Positions 58,613-64,000 of a stretch of 64,000 bases of DNA are shown here, piece after piece (the first letter of the stretch is position 1; the number at the start of each line of letters is the position of its first letter). Position numbers and translations under genes: made by a program. The stretch spans positions 1,244,883 through 1,308,882 of the forward strand of contig NMRA01000038.1 of the NCBI GenBank assembly GCA_002633005.1, given 5' to 3'. The notes beneath the pieces are model-generated. The model was not told the origin of the DNA and did not search any database. It was given only the letters and a program-made list of their open reading frames with translations. Source of the stretch: Phoronis australis (Eukaryota; Animalia; Phoronida).

Positions 58613-61600
58613 AAGACTTTGGACGTAGGTGGTATCTGAGGTTGTTTGGGCTGGCCACTCACCAGTTATAATGTGATCAACTGCATCATTGCCTTTTTGA
58701 AATCTATCTTGTTTTCACTGTTGGGTCAAAATTTCTGGGCTCTTTTTTGTGGTAACATGTTTTTGCAAGATGTTTCTAGCTTGGTGATCATTTAAAATAA
58801 AACTGACAATGAAAGAGCTGGATGGTGATGGCAATGTAACTTGACAATAAAGAAAACAGAATGTTGTCCTTTTAAATGGCGATGTCTGTAGGCCTTCCTA
58901 CAGCAAAATGCTCCAAGCCCACGCATGGCACATCGTTAAACTCAGATGACAGTCTATGGTTCCCCTGACACCAACTTGACAAATCTCTACTGGTGATGAG
59001 GTAGATGCAGTATTCATGATGTATCCAATTTATCATCTCTCTAGTCCGAGTATTTTTATTTCATTCCAGGTTCCATTGGCTTGCCTGGAAACATATTTTT
59101 AATGTAATTTCTCATGTCTCATTTTCTTCAAACCTAGAACCTCGAACATTGTACCAGGTTCCAAGTTTCAGTGCATGCCAACTCTTGATTTGCGACACTG
59201 CTACATGAAACCTTCAACCTGAAGTGTATATTTGAGGTCACACTGGTGTTAGAGCCTGGGATCATTAGTTCTTGATTTTCAAATAACAATAAAAATCAAT
59301 GTTAGGTTATTGATGATATTTTGATGGACTAGACCTGGCAATGTAAAAGAACCAAATGATTTTGTTCTTTCACAAACTGGTGGTTATAGCGGATGGACAA
59401 TCATGAAGGGGCGGGGGGAATGTCACAGCACAGCTGACCAATAATTTATGACAGTGCTACCAACCGAGTCAAAAATGAACCTGGAAATACATGGAGCAAG
59501 TATCCATGTTGGACAGTGAGAGAATGAGATCACTAGAACCGTGTTTGAAGTTCGAAGCTACAGACTCCAGGTTTCAAGTGAATGAAACTCTGAAAATCAC
59601 GATGGTCAAAAACACATTTTCAGGTTTCTAAATTGACTGGAACCTGCAGTGAAATAACAATGAATGGACGTCTCTGATAGTCTTTTGTATTTTTACTCTG
59701 TCTTGTGTTTCATGCCTCGAGAGAAAGAGACATAAACTTAAGTTACATCAATGAATGGGGATCATCACCAGCAGATTGTAGAAATTTGTCATTGATATTT
59801 GAGACAAGAATTTTATGAAATTCAGGGGATTATTGTATGACATTTAGCTCGAGAATTGCTTATGCGGTTAACGTGGTGTTGAACACCTCACAAGTCCAGA
59901 GATAGGTGAAATTTATTTTTCTGTGTTTTCTATTCATACATAAATATCAAAAATGAATAGTGTTATTGTGGAAACAAAGGACTCAAGTGGAAGTGAGCAC
60001 CTAAACCACTGTATAGCAGTCTTTAAGATGTTCATTTGAAAACGTTATAGTTCTTGGCATGCAGAGCATTTTTGTAAAGCTGTTACCAGCAGGGCAGATC
60101 TACATTTACTTGTTAAGGCTAAATCATAATGAGTCCACTAGACTGTAGAGTGTGTTTAATATTTGCTCATCTCCATAGCAACAAGAAGCATTTCTGACTT
60201 TGATGCTTTTAAGGGATTGCTTGTTTCGTGCATTATGACTGATGTTTTATTAGTCAGGTTTTACAGTGCTCGGTTTTTTGTTTGTGGAATTTACACTATA
60301 TAGTATGTAACTAGGTATTCGAGTTGATGTGAGTTACCGTATCTCTGTTAATTGTTGAAGTATTTTCAAGATGCGCGTGTCATTCGAATCATTTTGCTCT
60401 CATGTGTAGTAATTAGTCAATTGATTTTCATGGCTTGATATTTCTCAAGTGTCATTTTTGCTGTATGATTTGCCTACACTATACATTCATATTTTGCTGG
60501 TTGTGGCTATCTTCATATCCCATTACAGCTCCTTATTGGTGTACATATAATATGTTCACGCCATTATAATAAGTCTGCCCAATATAACTGCTTCAGGTGA
60601 ACTGAACACAGGTTTTGTCAGGTCAAAAATGGTCAGCTTCAAATTAAAATTTAATAAGAATGTGGGTGTTTAAAAAAAGGAGACCTCGGCATAATCATAG
60701 AATACAAGAGGTGTTAACTTGCCTCGTTTCACGACTCAGTTTATTGATGCATTATATAATAAAAATCACAGTTGACACTTGTCCTTATGTGAAACAGCAT
60801 GCTCTAAGGTATCAGTCATATTGCTTATACAGCACTCGGTATATAACTGAATGGTTTCTGTGTTCATCAACCATAGCAAGGCAGAAAACTGCTGGTTTTA
60901 TCCAGCAAAATCTGGTGGAGCACAAAAACTGATGGATAGTCAGCCTAAAACGTGCTGCATGCCAGTTTATGAATGACAGCGTTGGTATCTATTAAAAGTA
61001 TGCAGCAGATGTTTTAGATTTACCTGCGACGACTTAAAGTTAAGGTGCTTTAATTGAGGATGTTTACTGTGTATGTTGTCAATAAAATTCACGAAACTAA
61101 GAAATGCATGGTAAAACTGTGTGCTTTGTTTGATGGAACTTTGAAAGCCATTCGTTCTGGGCTTGTCAAGAACCTGTCAACCAATCATCTCAAGCTACTT
61201 TTAGCACTAATTAGACTAGATTTGTAAAAGTTAGGATTGTGATTTGACTGAAGACAAAAACTACGTTGTTACTGTGATTCGCGGGAAAGTACAGGCAGAT
61301 CTGTCGTTGTGAACCGTGGTGTTCATGTCAACTACACTTCTTATCTTGTGCGAGGATGTATTCGACATGTTCACTTCTACAACCTGCAAGGTTAGTTAGA
61401 ATTTCCGAGGATTCAGCCAGGTGGTGGCCGTGACCTTTTATATGAATATTCGTGTTTATTATAAATTTAAATGCATGCAGTGCGAGTTGTTACTGCAGGT
61501 TTAATGAGAAAATTGTATTAGTATTGCTTGGTTGACTAATGTTCTATGTGCCACAAGTTTGTTAATGACAGGAGGCAAGAGTTTAATGCCGCATACAATG

Positions 61601-62475
61601 AAACCAGACTTGATACAAGTCGAGTCTGTGAAGGTGTAGCTAGCATGTGTAATAGACAAACTCCACTCGTTTCGCAGTGTTAGCAATGTGTAGTCATGGA
61701 AACTGTACTAAAAATCCACAAGATGTTTGACATTGTGTATGGCTTTAGACACTTGCACTATCACCTGTCATTGGGAACTGTTTTTGTTGTATTTTTAATG
61801 TTACCTAAATGTTACAAATTCTGCTTCTATTTTTGTTGTACGTTTTGCATGAAATATATTTCTGAAAAGTTTTAGTTTTGTTTTATTACACATAAATTAT
61901 GTGAATACATAGGAAGTGATGTTAAATCGCACAGTTACACCATCCATTAACCACTCTTAGTTACCAACTCATTCAATAAGACGGACTTCTGTAAGTTACA
62001 GTACCACAGTTAACAGGAAAATGTTCAGAAATGACGCCAGTTTTAATTTGTCAACACCGCTAGCTCCCACACCAGGAGTCCAACATGGACCCCCGTAGAA
62101 AACACAGCGACTAAAACTCAAGTTCTGCCCTAAGGTCATTCAACAGCGTCCACTTGACCTTTCAGAAAGAGACAATCTGGATTATGCCTACACTACACCT
62201 GGATACGACACTCGTAAGTTCTCCAGTTAGCAACTGGGTCACAGTCCACATGTCTCTGCTGACATTCTGGAAGGTCTGTTAAATCTTCATGGTCCAGCAG
62301 TTAGCCATCAAGGTGTAACTGTGTTGAACAATTCCAAGAATTGCAATGCGACGACGATAGCGTGCTCCAGTCAATCCTACATTTTCGATCTAGTCTACTG
62401 TCCACGTACAACAACAGTAATAACAATGATGAGGATAATGATAGTCAGTTTGTTAAGTTCCGATAACAATGAGCT

Positions 62476-64000
62476 TTAGCTGTGCAGAATAGCATCATAC
62501 GCAGCCTGTATCCCTGGAATGACGTCCACAGACATGCTCTTCAATGATAGCTGAAAAGGAAAATATGAAAAGATTACGGAAGCATACAACTCCACTGTGT
62601 ACGCTACTTAAAACATATTCCCCTCGACTTTCATCCAACATATTTCTTCCTTGCTGGGCGTAGGCTACTCCATACTTGTTAAGATTGTTCCGGATCTTCA
62701 TGAGAAATAGAAACAAAGACTCCCATGTGACGTCCATCGTTTAAAGTACGAATTGCAATGCGCATACTAGAAGTTACACTGTCACTACATGAAGAGTAGT
62801 AGTAGTATTATAATTACCACAGTTGTTACTATTGATAGTATTAATAATATCTGCTTACCGTGAAGTTGGGATTTCCTGGCTGTATTTTGATTTCGGCCAA
62901 AACTACGATTCCGTTGGTCAGTGCGATGGACTGGTAGAGCATATCTTGGCCCTCTACGTTACGCTTGGCTATCGTGAATACGTTGTTATTCTTTAACTTC
63001 ATGGAAGCGGAATCTGTGCGAGAAACAATATCATGTAACTTGCTGATGAATATTAATGAGGAGTTGACACTGGCTACAAAGTTAATGTTGCAACGATGTG
63101 ACGTCTTGTCACTGATATCATCATCACTAAAGAAAAACATCAAATCAAAATAGATTCCAAGTCAGTGAAATAGATTCTGTGATCTTACTAAATAATTAAA
63201 ATTTCACATAAATAAGGCGAAGTCTCCTTAGTTGCATGCAAATCTTTGTCTGGAATTCCTAACATTTCTGAAAAGTCACATTAACGGGGCGAAGTCTCCG
63301 CGGCTGCTAACAAATCTTCATCTCATAGCCTAGGGCAGTGACATTTGCTGTTCGTTCAAGGGAAACAGATCATCCAAGTTTGGATTCAGTCTCTTTCTTA
63401 GAATGTCATCTGAGGAGTCCCCAGTCGAACTTGCCTAACATAGCGAACGGGTTTGCCCATACTGATAGATGTCATTCAAAACCAATTCAGAATTGAGCCT
63501 CGAATTGGAAAGGTTTCTGATTAATCGATCCAGAAAAACATTTCAGTCTCCACCACTATTGTCGACCCAATGAGTATAAGTAGTTTACATTAATGCATTA
63601 ATAGAATTGGATTTTTAAATTGTTCAAAACCACCCATTTGGAGTGTGAAGTAAGACTTAACAATGATTAATTACACGCCACTGAGATACTGGAAGCATAA
63701 ATCATAGGCAAGTTATTAGCAGCTTGCTTCTTATTGGCTTTCCGGGTGACATAGTAGCAAGAATGACCAATATCGCACGCCTTGACTTTGTGACCAAATT
63801 TTATATTTTCCCAAACACTTAACATTTAGGCATGTAATCTCTAGTCTGTGTACAAAGAAATCTTCACCTGCAGAGAACAGCACAGCCAACTTAACTCACC
63901 TGCACTGTGTTGTTTACTGTTGACTATCTGACACTGGACCTCATTGGCGGCCGGGATCTCCTTCCACTGCTCCAGGAATACCTTCCTGTCCATCTCTCCG
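62476..64000 (-). CDS. AP1B1: Beta-adaptin (AP-1/AP-2 complex subunit beta), last three exons; complement join(63900..>64000,62859..63013,62476..62550)
   Basis: GEMDRKVFLEQWKEIP..NEVQ, KLKNNNVFTIAKRNVEGQDMLYQS..LTNGI.VLAEIKIQPGNPNFT, LSLK...YDAIL* match the beta1/beta2 appendage platform; likely the single invertebrate co-ortholog of AP1B1 and AP2B1. Confidence 0.93.

Overview
AT-rich, intron-containing animal DNA, most likely a highly heterozygous marine invertebrate (inference; no prokaryotic features). Six spliced genes were rebuilt by hand with GT-AG introns and consistent phases: CMIP (+, 5'-truncated), CEP76 (-, 12 coding exons), MEAK7/TLDC1 (+, 8 exons), a SNAG-less three-finger Scratch/Snail-like C2H2 gene (-), a CMTM/plasmolipin-like MARVEL gene (+, 4 exons) and the 3' end of a beta-adaptin (AP1B1/AP2B1, -). 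Introns carry several MITE families, tRNA-derived heads and minisatellites. Three tandem duplications each abut a single N and are probably unmerged haplotypes. The most unusual observations: (1) a CEP76 splice acceptor that is itself the last unit of an intronic 14-bp minisatellite; (2) the zinc-finger and MARVEL start codons lying head-to-head only 79 bp apart; (3) a ~450-nt foldback in the MEAK7 3' UTR with AATAAA in both arms; (4) a co-oriented cluster of CTCF-like motifs in an intronic repeat. Homology calls rest on recalled protein sequences, not searches. I cannot show a wholly new biological system from sequence alone.
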